In this document: positions 48,063 through 62,120 of the stretch, piece by piece
How the letters are laid out: each line of letters begins with the position of its first letter
How positions within the stretch are numbered: position 1 is the first letter of the stretch
NCBI GenBank assembly: GCA_951406725.2
Contig: OX597839.1
Location: 29,636,001-29,700,000, forward strand
DNA length: 64,000 nucleotides
Direction of reading: 5' to 3'
Origin: Octopus vulgaris
Lineage: Eukaryota
Made by a program: the position numbers and the translations under genes
Notes under the pieces: model-generated
The model's input: the letters and a program-made list of their open reading frames with translations, nothing else
What the model was told of the DNA's origin: nothing
The model's database searches: none

Positions 48063-49744
48063 TACCTTTCACTGGATGGAGTACTTTCTTTGTTGATCTT
48101 ACCTTCAAGGAACAGTAAACTATATATATATACCAGGTGGTGCTATTAAATTAGACATGGCCTTAACCTCTACTGGCCAAAACCTATCAAAGTTATATAT
48201 ATAATTTGTCGTTTTTGCCAAAACAAAATACAGAAAGAAGGAAGGAAGTTGACAATGACTTTGAAGTTTTCTTGGTGGTGGGCATTGACAGACAAACTAA
48301 CTAAGCTAACCAGACCATGAGTAAAACTTTGAAGTTATTGTTGACCTTTTCTTTCCAAGAATAAGCTTTATACTCTGAGTATATGTATTGAGTTCTTTTT
48401 TTTTTTAAATTAATGTTTAAATGTCTTTATGTATAATTATACACAAAATATACATACATTAATATTAATATGTATAATATATAATACATAATGTAAATGT
48501 AATATATACTGTGTATATAATGTATGTAATATGTATATGTATGTATACATACATATACGCACTCACACATATACATGCATGTGTGAGTGTGTGTATCAAA
48601 TTCTAGGTTGTATGTAGAGTTTCAGTTGGTACAATACCAAGTAACTAAAGGGGTCGACAGTTCATGTCCTTCCAACCCTCTTTAATGGTTGGCCCAGTCT
48701 ACTTAGCTGTAAAGTAAGGTCTTCAGAGTGCAGGAAGAGAAGAGCTTGGAGGTGGTGAGTGATGTGGGATTGAGTGGGAATAAGGGAGTCCATCCTGTAC
48801 TCAACATCAGACCTGTGTCCCCTAATTTGGTTCATCTTGCCACTAAATCCTTGGTTTTCATTTGGATTATGGCCTGTTTGTGAAACCCAGTTTGCAGTGG
48901 CTGGCATATATTATCTTCATCAATCTGAGGTGTCTGCAAGCAGAGAAACTTTCTATGTGATCATTCGATATTGCTAGAAATAGTAGCCAAATGTACTTCA
49001 TATAAAGAAAAAACACATCGGAAAATGTAGTCTTAAATCTGAACACCCCCTACCAGAGAAAGTGATGGTGGTCATGATTAGCATGTCTTTAATTATACAT
49101 CTGCTCAGTCAGTGTTGTCCTGGGTTAAACAACAATTAGAAGAAGCCTCTTGAGCTTACTAGCAACCTTTATGTGGTCACTGAAGCTGCTAGAAATATCA
49201 GCCAAATCTCTCTCAAATTACTGTTGTATAAAAAACAGCAGACTGGATACCATTAGTCTGATTTGTGTGACATTATTTCTTGGACATTATTTTTTTTAAG
49301 ACAACTTTATTCAGATGTAAAGTGCCATCTTTGCTAAATAGCTATGTCTAGTAAAGACTCTAGTAGAAGTACCAAGACTGATGGTTGTCTAAAGCTTTTT
49401 TGTTGTTGTTGTCAAGGAATCTGTATTTTACAAAAAATAAGGCTCCCTGCCACATCCAAATGAAAGTTCTCTGTTCTCCCTCCGTCTCTGTCTACTTGGT
49501 AACACACTTGTCATGAAAACAAAGAGCTGGGGGTTTGAGTCTCATGCGTATGGAAACCCTACTTTTTTTTCCATCAAGGGCTTATCTGCCTCAATATTAG
49601 ACTATTTTCTTTAGTCATTTCTCAGTTCTAAGCTTATAAAATATTATTATTATTATTATTTACAGAATTGTAAAGATTGGCTCTGCTTATCAAAAGCCAT
49701 TGCAGATATATATGTGTGTGTGTGTGTATACATATAATATGTTA

Positions 49745-50345
49745 TAAATGGTCTAAGTTGTTAAGAAAGAAAGTGTTACAACCTGCTTCTCTACTTATGT
49801 ATATATGTATATATATATATATGAATACGTGTATGTGTGTGTGTCTACATATGTTTATAAGATATATATATATAATCATAAATGATCTGGCTTGTTAAGA
49901 AAGAAAGTGTTATACCCCTGCATCTCTATCTACTTATATGCGCGTGTGTGTGTATGGGTGTGTATGTGTATATAGTATATATATATATTATAAATGGTCT
50001 GGCTTGTTAAGGAGGTGTTATACTCTACATCTCTATCTACTTATATATATGTGTGTGTATGTGTGTGGTGTTATACTCTACATCTCTATCTACTTATATA
50101 TATGTGTAAGTGTATATATATGTGTGAGTGTGTGTGTGCTTATGTATATATGATATATATTTTAAATGCTCTGGCTTGCTCAGACAGAAAGTGTTAGACC
50201 CTGCATCTTTATCTACTTATATGTGTATGCATGTATGTATGTATGTGTGTCTATACATCTGTGTGTGTATATGTATATGTGTGTGCGTATATATATATAT
50301 ATATATTATGAATGACCTGGTTTGTTAAGAAAGAAAGTGTTACTC
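49745..50345. repeat. Degenerate tandem array (~5 units) of a ~60-bp core plus variable microsatellite spacer
   Basis: Recurrent aatggtctggcttgttaagaaagaaagtgtta..catctctatctacttat. Confidence 0.8.
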
Positions 50346-50593
50346 AGTTCCCTGGGACAATATTCTTTCCTATCCAGATCAGGTCTGTTAAACAAAGGTA
50401 GCCGACATTCTTGAGTGTACGAACACTAATCAATGAGGAATGATTAATAAGTTGTCTTTGAGACACATTCTGTCAAATTCTTGGGCAGAATTCTTCACAG
50501 AAGATTTGTGAAGAAATTTTTAAGAATTTTTTTTTTAAATTGAACATAGAAAGAAAGAGAAAGTGAAAGTTGCCAAAACAAAGTTTGCTCATA

Positions 50594-50653
<60 letters not shown>

Positions 50654-53600
50654 ATTTTCATGTTTGACAATTTGCAGAAAGAAAAATCCAACATTTCCTT
50701 AAGTGGAAAAATGAATATTTGTGAATGATTATACACACACACATATATATACATAAGAAAGTGATCTACACATATAGATGCATACTTGTGTACATATGCA
50801 TGTATATGTGTGGCTATATGTTTGTGTATGTATGTTTGAATACCTGTCCCCTTATATATGCATGTGTTTGCATGAATGAATGTGCACACATACCAACTGG
50901 AAGTGTCCCCTTTTTGCAATGTGTTCGTTTAGTTTCTGAATGAAAGCAAGAAAGATGACAACCACTTTGGCCCCCTAAAAAGTATGTATTGTGGCCAATA
51001 ATTATTTTGGACTAGTTCACATGTAAATAACATGTGGCACCTATGTTAATTAATTTTGTCAAAATTGTTGATAATGTGGGGTTTCTTTGGTTAAAAATAA
51101 AAAAAAATAAAAAATTAAGGGAAAAAGTTACAAACATGACTCGAAATACATAAAACATGGAGGAAAGTAATAAATGCAACAACAAAAACAATTATAAACA
51201 AAACAATCAGCACAATGACTATAACTTCGCACTGTTGTACCGCTGAATACTTGGTCTTTGAATTCATTTGTAAAAACATCCTGGTAATAGCAACTGTAAA
51301 CTCTTTTGCTGCTGCGGAAATTTCACAACTCTTAACTGTGGAAAGGAATTGTATATTCCAACCTGTTGGAACTATTTTCTGTTGGGATATGTCAAGTTTA
51401 TCAAAGCAATGGGACTTAACCGAAAATATCAATTCTATTTTTTGGGTATTATTTAACATCATTTGTGGAAAAAGCATGAAATTCTTGTTACATTTGCGGA
51501 TGATCATCTTTTGCCACACATTTTTACATCAAGAATCCTGCAAAACAATAGACATATGAAATTATATTTTGCAGTTAAAGTGTTTTAAAACCCCTTCAGT
51601 CTGTGATTGGGAGGTAAAAACAAAGGGGTTCTTTTTTTTTTTTTCTTCTTTTTTGGTTTGTTTCTAAATGCTGAGATAAGAAGACGTTGCAAGTGAGAGG
51701 AGTCACACTCTCTCAACCAGTGACTATAACACATATTCTACTTATCTTTATGCAATTTGTGTCTATTTTCTTTTTTTGTATTTTTTCTTTTTTCCCCATC
51801 ATTGTTTTTACAAATTTGTTTCCTGTTCTGATTTTTTTTTTTTTGTTTTTGAGAGGTAATTTCAATAATTTTGCTTTTTCTTTTTACTTCTTGATATTTA
51901 TTTATTACCTGGTTAAATTTGATTTATCATTTATTTACATTTAAGATTCATTTAAAAAGTTTCTGTGTTAATTGAATTCTCTCACTTTTTCTGTATTTTT
52001 CTTTTTTTATTCATGGGTGTTTTTGGGTACGAATCTGTTTATTTGGTTTCTGGTTATTTTTTGCAGGAGGAAATTATGTTTATTTCTGCATCTCACGACA
52101 CTACTACTACACTTACAATACACACTACACTACACTGCAACTGCCAGCATCATATTACCCTACAACTGGACCCTCACCAGCGACGGCTACTCAAACAGAC
52201 TCATGCATTGGAGGGTTGTCAGCTGAGTGGTGCAAGGGTGTCATCTACCAAGAATAGGGAACCACTAACAAATGGTGGATGCTACAATGCTCTGTTACAG
52301 CACATACTCCTATACTACTACTACTACTACTATCACATTACGCTTCTGTCATATTACACTACAGCTACCGTCACACCACACCATACCACTGCCACAACAC
52401 TACGCTACACCTCTGTTGCATAACGCTCCCATTGCATCACATCACACTCAACACACTCCATTGCGTTATCCCACCACTGCCACCACCCACTACAGCTTTT
52501 CTACTTAAATTATCCAACTGTTTATTATATATGTTGTTAAATTCTAATTGTGAGCTCCCTGTAGCCATCCTGAATTCAGGGAAGCTGGGAAGAGAGAAGG
52601 TCACTGTGTTACCCCTTTTTGTTTTGGAGGGGGTTTGGGCAAGTTAACGAGCTCGTTTAATATGCACAATGCTTATGTATAGCTTTATAACACTCAAGGG
52701 AGCAATTAGAAGGGAGGTTTATGCAAAACCTTTACATGAAATGTGTTAACCCCTCTAAAAGAGGCCTACACTTAGACACAGAGGGGGAAGTAAGGGTTCA
52801 GGTAGTAATTGCTACAATTGGGCTAATCACTCTAAACTGGTCGGTTTTTTTAATGTTTTTTTTTTTTTTGGTTTCTCAATCCTTTCTCAGAAGTGAAGAG
52901 GAAACGAGTGAAAGAACTTCTACATGATGTCTAGATCTGCTAGAAATAGCAGTCAAATTTACCTCAAATGTACCCTACATTTTTAGAAAATGACAGTTCA
53001 TAGTTTGAAATGTTATATTCCTGAATGAGATGGGATGGTCATGGCTAGAATGCCTTTGATTATAAGTCTTCTCAAAATGGGGCCAATTTGGAGAGCCAAC
53101 AGCAACAACAAATGTAAAAAGAGAGAAAAGAAGTGGGGGTCCCTGGATTTTGATTAGGCAGGGATATAACAAAAGGTATTTTAGGGACTACATTGTATAT
53201 AACACATTCTTTCTGTTTTAAGATAGTTGGATGTAACTTGAGGGAATTTGGTTGCTATTTCTAGCAGATGAAAGTGGCTGCTGTCGGTCTTGACATCACA
53301 TACGGTTGTAATAATGTTTCATTGCTCAGTAAGCTAATATTTTTATTTATTCTTATGCATCTGGGGTTTCAAACTCCCTTTCCCTCTGCATTTTTTCAGT
53401 TCTCAGTATTCTTTTTTCTTTTTTTTTTTGTCCTTCTTTGGTTCAAATGATTCATTAAGAAAAGATTATATTTTTGGTTTAAAAAAATAAAAAATTGTTA
53501 TTCTTATTATTAATTTTATTTAATTTAAATTTAGAGAACTGAGGCCATGTCTATCAATGTGGTTGCTTTGATTCTTAGCTGGAATTTTAAAAAATTTATT

Positions 53601-53683
53601 TTGCATGTATCATTCCCTGACAGGGAAAAGCATGAATATTGCATCCTCATCATCTTCTATTTTCCATGGTTCCTGGCTAAGAG

Positions 53684-53715
<32 letters not shown>

Positions 53716-53961
53716 TCTTTCTGCTACAACGGGCATAAGGCCTGAAATTATATTGACCCTTAGTGCTCCACTGGTGCTTATTTTATTGACTTTGAAAACG
53801 ATGGGACCCCAAAGTAAATCTCAGCAATATTTGATTTGCAGCATTTTGAATGGAATATAAATAAGATGAAGCTCAGCCATCTTGGAGGACCTGCAAAAGT
53901 TAAGGGCACTGCTTCCTTCTTCCAGTAAAAAAGAAAAAGAAAAAGAAAATAATAAATAAGT

Positions 53962-54297
53962 GCAGGAGTGGCTGTGTGGTAAGAAGCTTGCTTCCCAGCC
54001 ACATGGTTCTGGGTTCAGTCCCACCCCGTGGTACCTTCAGTGAGTGTTTTCTGTGGGTGGATTTGGGAGCTGGAAACTGAAAAGAGCCTGTCATGTGTGT
54101 GTGTGTTTGTATTTGTCCTCCTCCACCACTTGACAATCTTGTTGGTGTGTTTACGTACTGGTAACTTAGCAGTTTGGCAAATGAAACCTATAGAATAAGT
54201 ACCAGGCTTTAAAAACAAAAGTACTGGGGTTGATTCGTTTGACAAGGCAGTGCCCCAGCATGGCCGTAGTCTAATGACTAAAACAAGTAAAAGATAA
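53962..54297 (+). mobile_element. 400-bp-family SINE
   Basis: gcaggagtggctgtgtggtaag head through aacaagtaaaagat tail. Confidence 0.8.
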
Positions 54298-54889
54298 TAA
54301 AACGAGAAATGTATTTTTGTACATCCACCCTTTGCATTCAAAGTTTAAATGCTGCTGAAGATAACTTTGCATTTTTTAACCAATACCAGTTATTCACCAG
54401 GGTTGACTCAATCATCTACATTCTTCCCTATCCTACAAATTTATGGCCTTGTGACAAAATAAGGTGTTAAGGGCTGTGGGTTGACAGACTGCCTGCTTAG
54501 ACTGTTTGGCGATGTTGTTGATTTTCTGAGTTAGACAAACCCTGCTTACTGTGTTCTCTTGGCAAAGGATCTGACTGGGTTGGCGGCTCATGTTGGTTGA
54601 CCACATACCACATGGTCAAGACAGACAAGGAGGTATCTTGTGGAAATGGAGACTGATTGGGACAACTGCTGTTATAAGTTGCCTGGAAAGACATGGGAAT
54701 ATACAAATGAGGATCTGGCTGGGTTTGATCACTCATATTGGTTAACCATATGCTACATGGTCATGGCAGAGGAGAAAGTATCTCGCAGGGATGAAGACTG
54801 CACTATGAGTTGCTTGAGAAGACCCAGGAATATGCAGACAGGCAGAAATAGTAAAGCATTGTACATGTTGCCTTCTGATGTTTAGTTAC

Positions 54890-57125
54890 AGCTCTTTACA
54901 TTCTGAGTTCAAATCCTACCAAACTTTACTTTGCCTTACATCCTTTCAGGCTGACCTGGTGCCCAAATTTGAAACCATTATTAATATTATTATTATTATT
55001 ATTGTCAATCTGGCAGAATTGTTAGCACACTGGGTGAAATGCTTAGCTGTATTTTGTCTGCTGCTATGTTTTGAGTTCAAATTTTGCCCCGGTTATCTTT
55101 GCCTTCCATCCTTTCGGGGTTGATTAAATAAGTACCAGTTAGGTACTGGGATCAATGCAATTGACTTACCCCGTTCCCTCCCCGAAAATCTCAGGCCTTG
55201 TTTTGATAATAAAAAGGATTATTATTATTATTATTATTTAAGGTGGTGAGCTGGCAGAATTGTTAGCATGCCAGGCAAAATGCTTAGCAGTATTTTGCTT
55301 GTCTCTGTGTTCAAATTCCACTTAAGTTGACTTTGCCTTTCATCTTTTCAGGGTCAATAAATTAAGTACCAGTTGACTACTGGGTTCAATATAATCGACT
55401 AAACCCTTCCCCCCAAATTTCAGGCCTTGTGCCTGTAGTAGAAAGGTTTATTATTATTATTAAGGCTGTGAGTTAGTAGAATGGTGAAGACATTGGAAAA
55501 AATATTGAGATTTCTTTCAGCTCTTCATGTTCTGAGTTCAGTTCCCATCAAGACTGATTTTGATTTCTTCCTTTCAGTTTCAATAGAATAAAATACCAGT
55601 TAAGCACTAGGGTTGATGTAGTCAGCTAGCTTCTTCCCACCAAATTTCAGGCTTTTGACCCAAAGTAGAAAAAGTTGTTGCTATTATTACTACTACTAAG
55701 GTGGCGAACTGGCAGAATCATTAGCACACTGGGTGATGTGCTTAGCAGTATTTTGCCCTACATTCTGATTTCAAATTCTACCAAGTTCAGCTTTACCTTT
55801 CATCCTTTTGGGGTCAATAAATAAGTACCAGTGAAATTGACTTATCCCCTCCTCCAAAATTTCAAGCCTTGTGCCTAGAGTAGAAAGGATTATTATTATT
55901 ACCACCACTGCCTTAGTGAAGGCAGAGGTATTGTTTTCAGCCGTATTTGTTTGTCCATGGACAAGATACTTCAAGAACCACTGGATGGATTTGGATGAAA
56001 CTTTCAAGGATGTTTGGCTTCATGACTGGCACAAACTGATTAAATTTTGGGATCAATCCAATACTGGACAAGGATTCTGGCTTATTTTTTACTTAATTTT
56101 TGAGAGCAGTCAGGTTCATCTTTAGTATTCTTGTTTGTGAGAGCAGTTGAGTTTACTTCAGATATTCTCATTTTAAAAATCATCTCTGGCTTATCATTGT
56201 GAAACCATTGGTGTTGTCTTGGCAAAGGTTTGCACTCTCTTAGTGCTCTCATTACTATTATTATCATTAATGCAGTGAGCTGGCAAAATTGTTAGCATGC
56301 CAGGTAAAATGCGTAGTGGCATTTCGCTTGTCTTTACATTCTGAGTTCAAATTCCACCGAGGTCAGATTTGCCTTTCATCCTTTTGAGGTTGATAAATTA
56401 AGTACCAGTGGAGTACTGGGGTCAATGTAATCAACTTAACCCCTCGCCCAAAACTTCAGGCCTTGTGCCTTTAATAGAAAGGATTATAATTATTATTAAG
56501 GTAGTGAGCAAGCAGAATTGTTGTGGCACTGGACAACAATGCTTTGGTGGCATTTCATCTGGCTCAAGTACCAGTTGAGTGCTGGGGGTTGATGTAATTT
56601 ACTTACCCCCTCTCATCAAAATTGTTGGCCTTGTGCCAAAATTAGAAGTATTACTATCATTATTAAGGTGGTGTGCTGGCAGAATCATTAGCATGCTGGG
56701 CGAAATGCTTAACAGCAGTTTGTCTGTCTTTACATTCTGAGTTCAAATTCCACCGAGGTTGACTTAGTCTTTCATCTTTTCAGGGTTGATAAATTAAGTA
56801 CCTGTTGAGTACTGGGGTTGATGTGATTGACTGTACTCCCTCCTCACAAAATCCAGGCCTTGTGCCTATAGTAGAAAGGATTATTATTATTATTGTTAGG
56901 ATGGCGAGCTAACAGAATCTTTAGCATGCTGGGCGAAATGATAAACGGCATTTCAGTTTTTACGTTCTGAGTTCAAATTCTGCCAAAGCTCACTTTACCT
57001 CTCATCCTTTTTGGGATGGATAAAATAAGTACCAGTTGGATACTGGGTTGATGTAATCAACTTACCCCACCTCCCCTGAATAGGTGGCCTTTGTACCAAA
57101 ATTTGAAATTATTGTTATTATTATT
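54890..57125 (+). mobile_element. Head-to-tail array of ~8 diverged 220-bp SINEs joined by (ATT)n
   Basis: Units start at ~55003, 55240, 55461, 55697, 56267, 56497, 56663, 56897. Confidence 0.85.
55897..56255 (+). mobile_element. Helentron-associated (DINE-1/HINE-like) non-autonomous element nested in the SINE array
   Basis: 5' hairpin ctgcctt..aaggcag, tttgtttgtcc, ggatggatttggatgaaacttt, 3' ggcaaaggtttgcactctcttagtgc stem-loop; T-rich insertion site. Confidence 0.65.
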
Positions 57126-58652
57126 AGTTTTTATTATTCATGGTTTCAGAAATGATTTGTTTCTTAAAACAAGAATGTAGGTCCATGATGGAGAGGTTGT
57201 ACCAAAGTGTTGACGGTTAACAAAACCATTCACTGGACAATGTTATTTTGGGTTGGAGAATATTGGAGCCAATGAAAACTTCTTTGACAAATGACGTTCA
57301 GTTGTGACCTCGTTTCAGTCTCTTGATGAAAGACTCTTTCATCTACTGTTATTTTCCCCCTTTTCCTACTATTTACCCAGTCCCCATTTTTTTTTTTAAA
57401 CCCAACAACTTATCCTTGTAACTCCAGCAGTTTCATAATTAATTAAAAGATTATTTATTGATTGTGTTGTGTTGATTGCTTTGACCTTTTTTTGATACGA
57501 ACCTGCCTGAGTCTAGCTTTGGTTCTATGATCAAACCTTCTCTATTAAAAAAAAACCTTCCATCAAAATTTCTTGCTAATTTATATTCCAAACACCAGAT
57601 TAACGACAAACTTACCTTCAAAAATTCTTCATTATTTCCAGAATTAATTAAAACAAAGGTAGCATACTTTAATACAAATAATGTAACAAATGGGTCACCG
57701 TATTTTCCAGCTTTCAAGCCAATGTAGTATATAGACGTGGCATTTCACATGAAATTGTTGGTCCTTCAAAGTCATCTTGGAGTATAAATTGACCTACTTC
57801 CCACCTACCCCTACCCCCCTTTTTTTTTGGGGGGGGGGTTTACTGCAAATTTTGGCCTGCAAAACATAACTTGCATGCTGGAAAATATAGCAGTATGATC
57901 TCATTTTGACTTCAGACTATAGGCTTGCAAACACACACACACCCATGCTCTGAACTTAATTTAAAACACTGAGTATATATGAATGTTTGCAGATGCCCTT
58001 CAACAGCAGACCCTGTTTTATCTTTATTGAAGGTCCGTGAATTTAAATCAGGACAATTTGTGCAACAGAAAATTTATCTCACTTAATGTAATGAAGGTTA
58101 CATAAGCAGGATTAACCTGGAGGAAAACTTATTTTCATCAACAAAGAAGGGTACAAAAGCTCATTAGAGAAAATTTGAATTTATGTGCAGTAAATAAGTT
58201 CTGAAAAGCCTAGGGTTTCCCATTTAACCATTGAGTTGAGAATACTACCAATCAAATATGGATGAGTAAAGCAAGTATAGTTATTAAGAAATCCAAAATG
58301 TATCCAAATAACTTATCTTGTTAGAACAGTATAATATAAAAGCATCAAACTATTTCTATATAAACGTTACCTTCCTTTATTTAAAAAAATTTTCCCTCTG
58401 TTATTCATCTTACTATTAACACCATTTACTTTATTTTTATCTATGATTATCACAAAGTTGTGAAACCGGTTAGGAAGATGTAGAAAATGAAAGGATTCCA
58501 ATCTATTTTTAACTTCACTTTTTTCTCTGTTTGTGTGGAAGAAGTCTTTATTTTTTTGTTCTGTGTTTGATTTTTCTTGTTTTTTAGATTGAAAGTAAGC
58601 ATTGGTTATTTATTTGGATCAATACTAGCCAGGATGAGTACATTTTATTTAA

Positions 58653-59719
58653 CCCTTTCGTTACTATATTTCTGACCAAAATACACACCTTATGTGTTTC
58701 AATTAATTTCTAATGTAATCATAAATTTAGTCTGGTTTCATTAAACAACTATAACTTTTTTATTTATCAATATATTAATTTCATTTTTGGAAGATAATTT
58801 AATGAAATGTTCTCAACCAATTCTATACTATAATTTTTGTCACAAAGTGACTCTAATTGCCGGTAGATACAGGTAAATTCAACAAAATATAAAATTATTA
58901 AAATTTTGTTCAAACATCGCTATAGAAAATGGGTTATTAGCTAATATTCAATTGCGTATACAACAACATTTTACGATAGAATTTGTTATTCTGGGTAACT
59001 TTCTGATACCCATAATAATATTTATGGCAAAATAGTCTTAATTTCATTTAAGGTTATGGGAAACCACTAACTATTGTTTTGTTTACATTTAGCGTAACGG
59101 TTCGTTTTCGCCGTAATGATTTCAAATAGGCTCATTCGAAAAAGTAAAAAGAAATAGTCTAAGGCTTTACTCTTCTGGGAAAGTCTGTGGCTTGGTCCAG
59201 TTTCTTCAGAAAAATCACTGAAAGAAACAGTTTCTAAATTTTCACTCCATTCGGGTGCCAATTCATTTTCTTTATCGCTGTCGGAGCTCTCGGATTCACT
59301 GTTTTCACTTTCGGAAAATGAAACATCAGATTCATTATCAAATACCACATGCTTTTTTTTTTCAGTCATAGAGTTAGATTTATGAAGGTCTTCAGTAGAA
59401 AATCCTTCGAATTCTGACTCGCTGCTTGATATAATGAAATTCGTATCCATTTTTTGTCAGAATTACAAATTTTGAAAACACAATAGGAACAAATTTCGGA
59501 AAAAAATCTCCCAAAATTCACGGAATTAAAATTACACTTCGATTTTTGTACAAAACTGTAGTTGAACTCTTTACGAAGTATAATACGTGTTTTCACGAAT
59601 GTACTAAAGAGATTTGCTCTGATATTCTCATTTAAATATGAATAGGTAAATTCGGGCGGTTTTGGGCGGCTTGGTCACATTAACCAAAATTTTTTTCGGG
59701 CGGTTTGGTAACGAAAGGG
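58653..59719 (-). mobile_element. Internally deleted piggyBac transposon (1067 bp)
   Basis: Perfect 12-bp TIR CCCTTTCGTTAC/GTAACGAAAGGG with TTAA on both sides; subterminal ttcgggcggttt repeats. Confidence 0.92.
59067..59450 (-). pseudogene. Truncated piggyBac transposase N-terminus (127 aa)
   Basis: Acidic N-terminal tail, then W..FSEETGP..ALDYFFLLF..EIITAKTNRYA; stop, then WFPITLNEIK continues the homology. Confidence 0.85.
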
Positions 59720-59761
59720 TTAAAGGCAATGCAATGATGAAAAAATATCTACGGATATGTA

Positions 59762-60612
59762 TTCCGCCGGTCTTCATCCTTCTCGGGCAGCTCGGTTACT
59801 TCCCCTGGTCTTCATCCCTCTCGGGCAGCTTGGTCACTTCCGCCGGTCTTCCTCTCTCTCGGGCAAGCTCGGTCACTTCCGCCGGTCTTCGTCCCTCTCG
59901 GGCAAGCTCGGTCACTTCCGCCGGTCTTCGTCCCTCTTGGACAAGCTCAGTCACTTCCGCCGGTCTTCCTCTCTCTCGGGCAAGCTCGGTCACTTCCGCC
60001 GGTCTTCCTCTCTCGGGCAAGCTCGGTCACTTCCGCCGGTCTTTGTCCCTCTCGGGCAAGCTCGGTCACTTCCGCCTGTCTTTGTCCCTCTCGGGCAAGC
60101 TCGGTCACTTCCGCCGGTCTTCGTCCCTCTTGGACAAGCTCAGTCACTTCCGCCGGTCTTCCTCTCTCGGGCAAGCTCGGTCACTTCCGCCGGTCTTCCT
60201 CTCTCGGGCAAGCTCGGTCACTTCCGCCGGTCTTCGTTCCTCTCGGGCAAGCTCTGTCACTTCCGCCGGTCTTCCTTTCTCTCGGGCAAGCTCGGTCACT
60301 TCCGCCTGTCTTTGTCCCTCTCGGGCAAGCTCGGTCACTTCCGCCGGTCTTCGTCCCTCTTGGACAAGCTCAGTCACTTCCGCCGGTCTTCCTCTCTCTC
60401 GGGCAAGCTCGGTCACTTCCGCCGGTCTTCCTCTCTCGGGCAAGCTCGGTCACTTCCGCCGGTCTTCGTCCCTCTCGGGCAAGCTCTGTCACTTCCGCCG
60501 GTCTTCCTTTCTCTCGGGCAAGCTCGGTCACTTCCGCCTGTCTTTGTCCCTCTCGGGCAAGCTCGGTCACTTCCACCGGTCTTCGTCCCTCTCGGGCAAG
60601 CTCGGTCACTTC
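59762..60612. repeat. GC/CpG-rich minisatellite, ~22 units of 39 bp (37-38-bp variants)
   Basis: Unit ttccgccggtcttcctctctctcgggcaagctcggtcac. Confidence 0.95.
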
Positions 60613-61329
60613 TCTACCTGTAACGTTTATCAGAATCAGCAAATACTCTCTGTTAACACTGCCGGATTATATATTTAAGAAGTGATACATAGACTCTCGA
60701 CCGAAAATCCTCCTGATCTGTACAGTTAGTTGAATTCTGACGCCGCCAAGACTTACTTCGTGAACGCTGTTGCACTTGCTGCTAATCAAAACTTTACGGA
60801 GCGCCGAGCTATAACGTTTCGCGACAGCATCGCTCGACTAGCAGAAGGCTGTAAGCGTTTTACGAAATTCGTGTCATATCTCAGTCTAAGATCGGTCCGG
60901 GAAAACATTTTAGTCTGGGAGAGAGAGAAAGAGAGAGAGAGACAAGCCTGTGCAAAATAGGAGTTTGACAAACGATGATACCATCATCACCACCACAACA
61001 AACCATTGCAACAACAACCACCACTACCACAACAACAACCACCACCACCACTACCATCACCACCACCACCGCAACAACCCCCACCACCACCACCACCACC
61101 TTCTCATCTCAAGGAAATGCTGGATAGGTCGAAACCTCAGGGTAACGTAAACAACGGCATTCCCGATCCTCCACACGGCCTCCAAACGTTAACCGCAAAC
61201 CGGCTTGTCCGACAAGCGGAACACAGAAAAACGAAATGGCATCTCCTAAATTCGACTCATCCCTGCTTGCACCGGCACCCAATGCATATTGGCCTGCAGA
61301 AACAGCTGTACATTAATGAAGAGTTCATT

Positions 61330-62120
61330 ACATACTTTCTTACACACACACACACACACACATTTGTCTATATGTACACATACCTGCATGCATGCATACA
61401 TACATACAAACATGAATGCATACCTGCATGCATACATGCACATTGACATGCATATATACATACATACATACATATATACATACATATATATACATGCATG
61501 CATACATATGCATGTATGCATAGATACATACATGCATACCTGCATATATACATACATGCATATATAAATACATACATGCATATATACATATATACATACA
61601 TACATGCATCAATACCTGCATACATACATATATACATGCATACATACATACATGCATACATACATATATACATACATGCTTGCATACATACATACAAATA
61701 TACATACATACATCCATGCATAACTACATACATATATATATACATACATGCATAAATACACACAGACATACATATATACAAACATGCATGCATACATACA
61801 TATCTACATACATGCATACATATATACATACATGCATGCATACCTGCATACATACATATATACATACATGCATACATACATATATACTTATATATATACA
61901 TAATGCATATATATGCATACATGCATATATATACACACACATACATATATACATACATATATAAAACATGCATGCATATATGCATATATTTATACATACA
62001 TGCATACATACACACAGACATACATATATACATACCTATATACCTACATATATATATATACATATATACATACATATATATACATGCATATATATATATA
62101 TATATATACAGACATGCATG
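61330..62120. repeat. ~790-bp compound (TACA/TGCA/TA) microsatellite
   Basis: Direct inspection; source of many spurious ORFs. Confidence 0.95.

Noticed and set aside
51115-52647. ORFs of 114-152 aa after GOLGA3
   Set aside because: AT-rich or low-complexity composition, no convincing splice context and no recognisable domain; more likely UTR or intergenic.
59662-60678. 338-aa and 288-aa plus-strand ORFs
   Set aside because: They come from a stop-free 39-bp minisatellite; frames switch at the 37-bp units and the longer ORF starts inside the piggyBac end.
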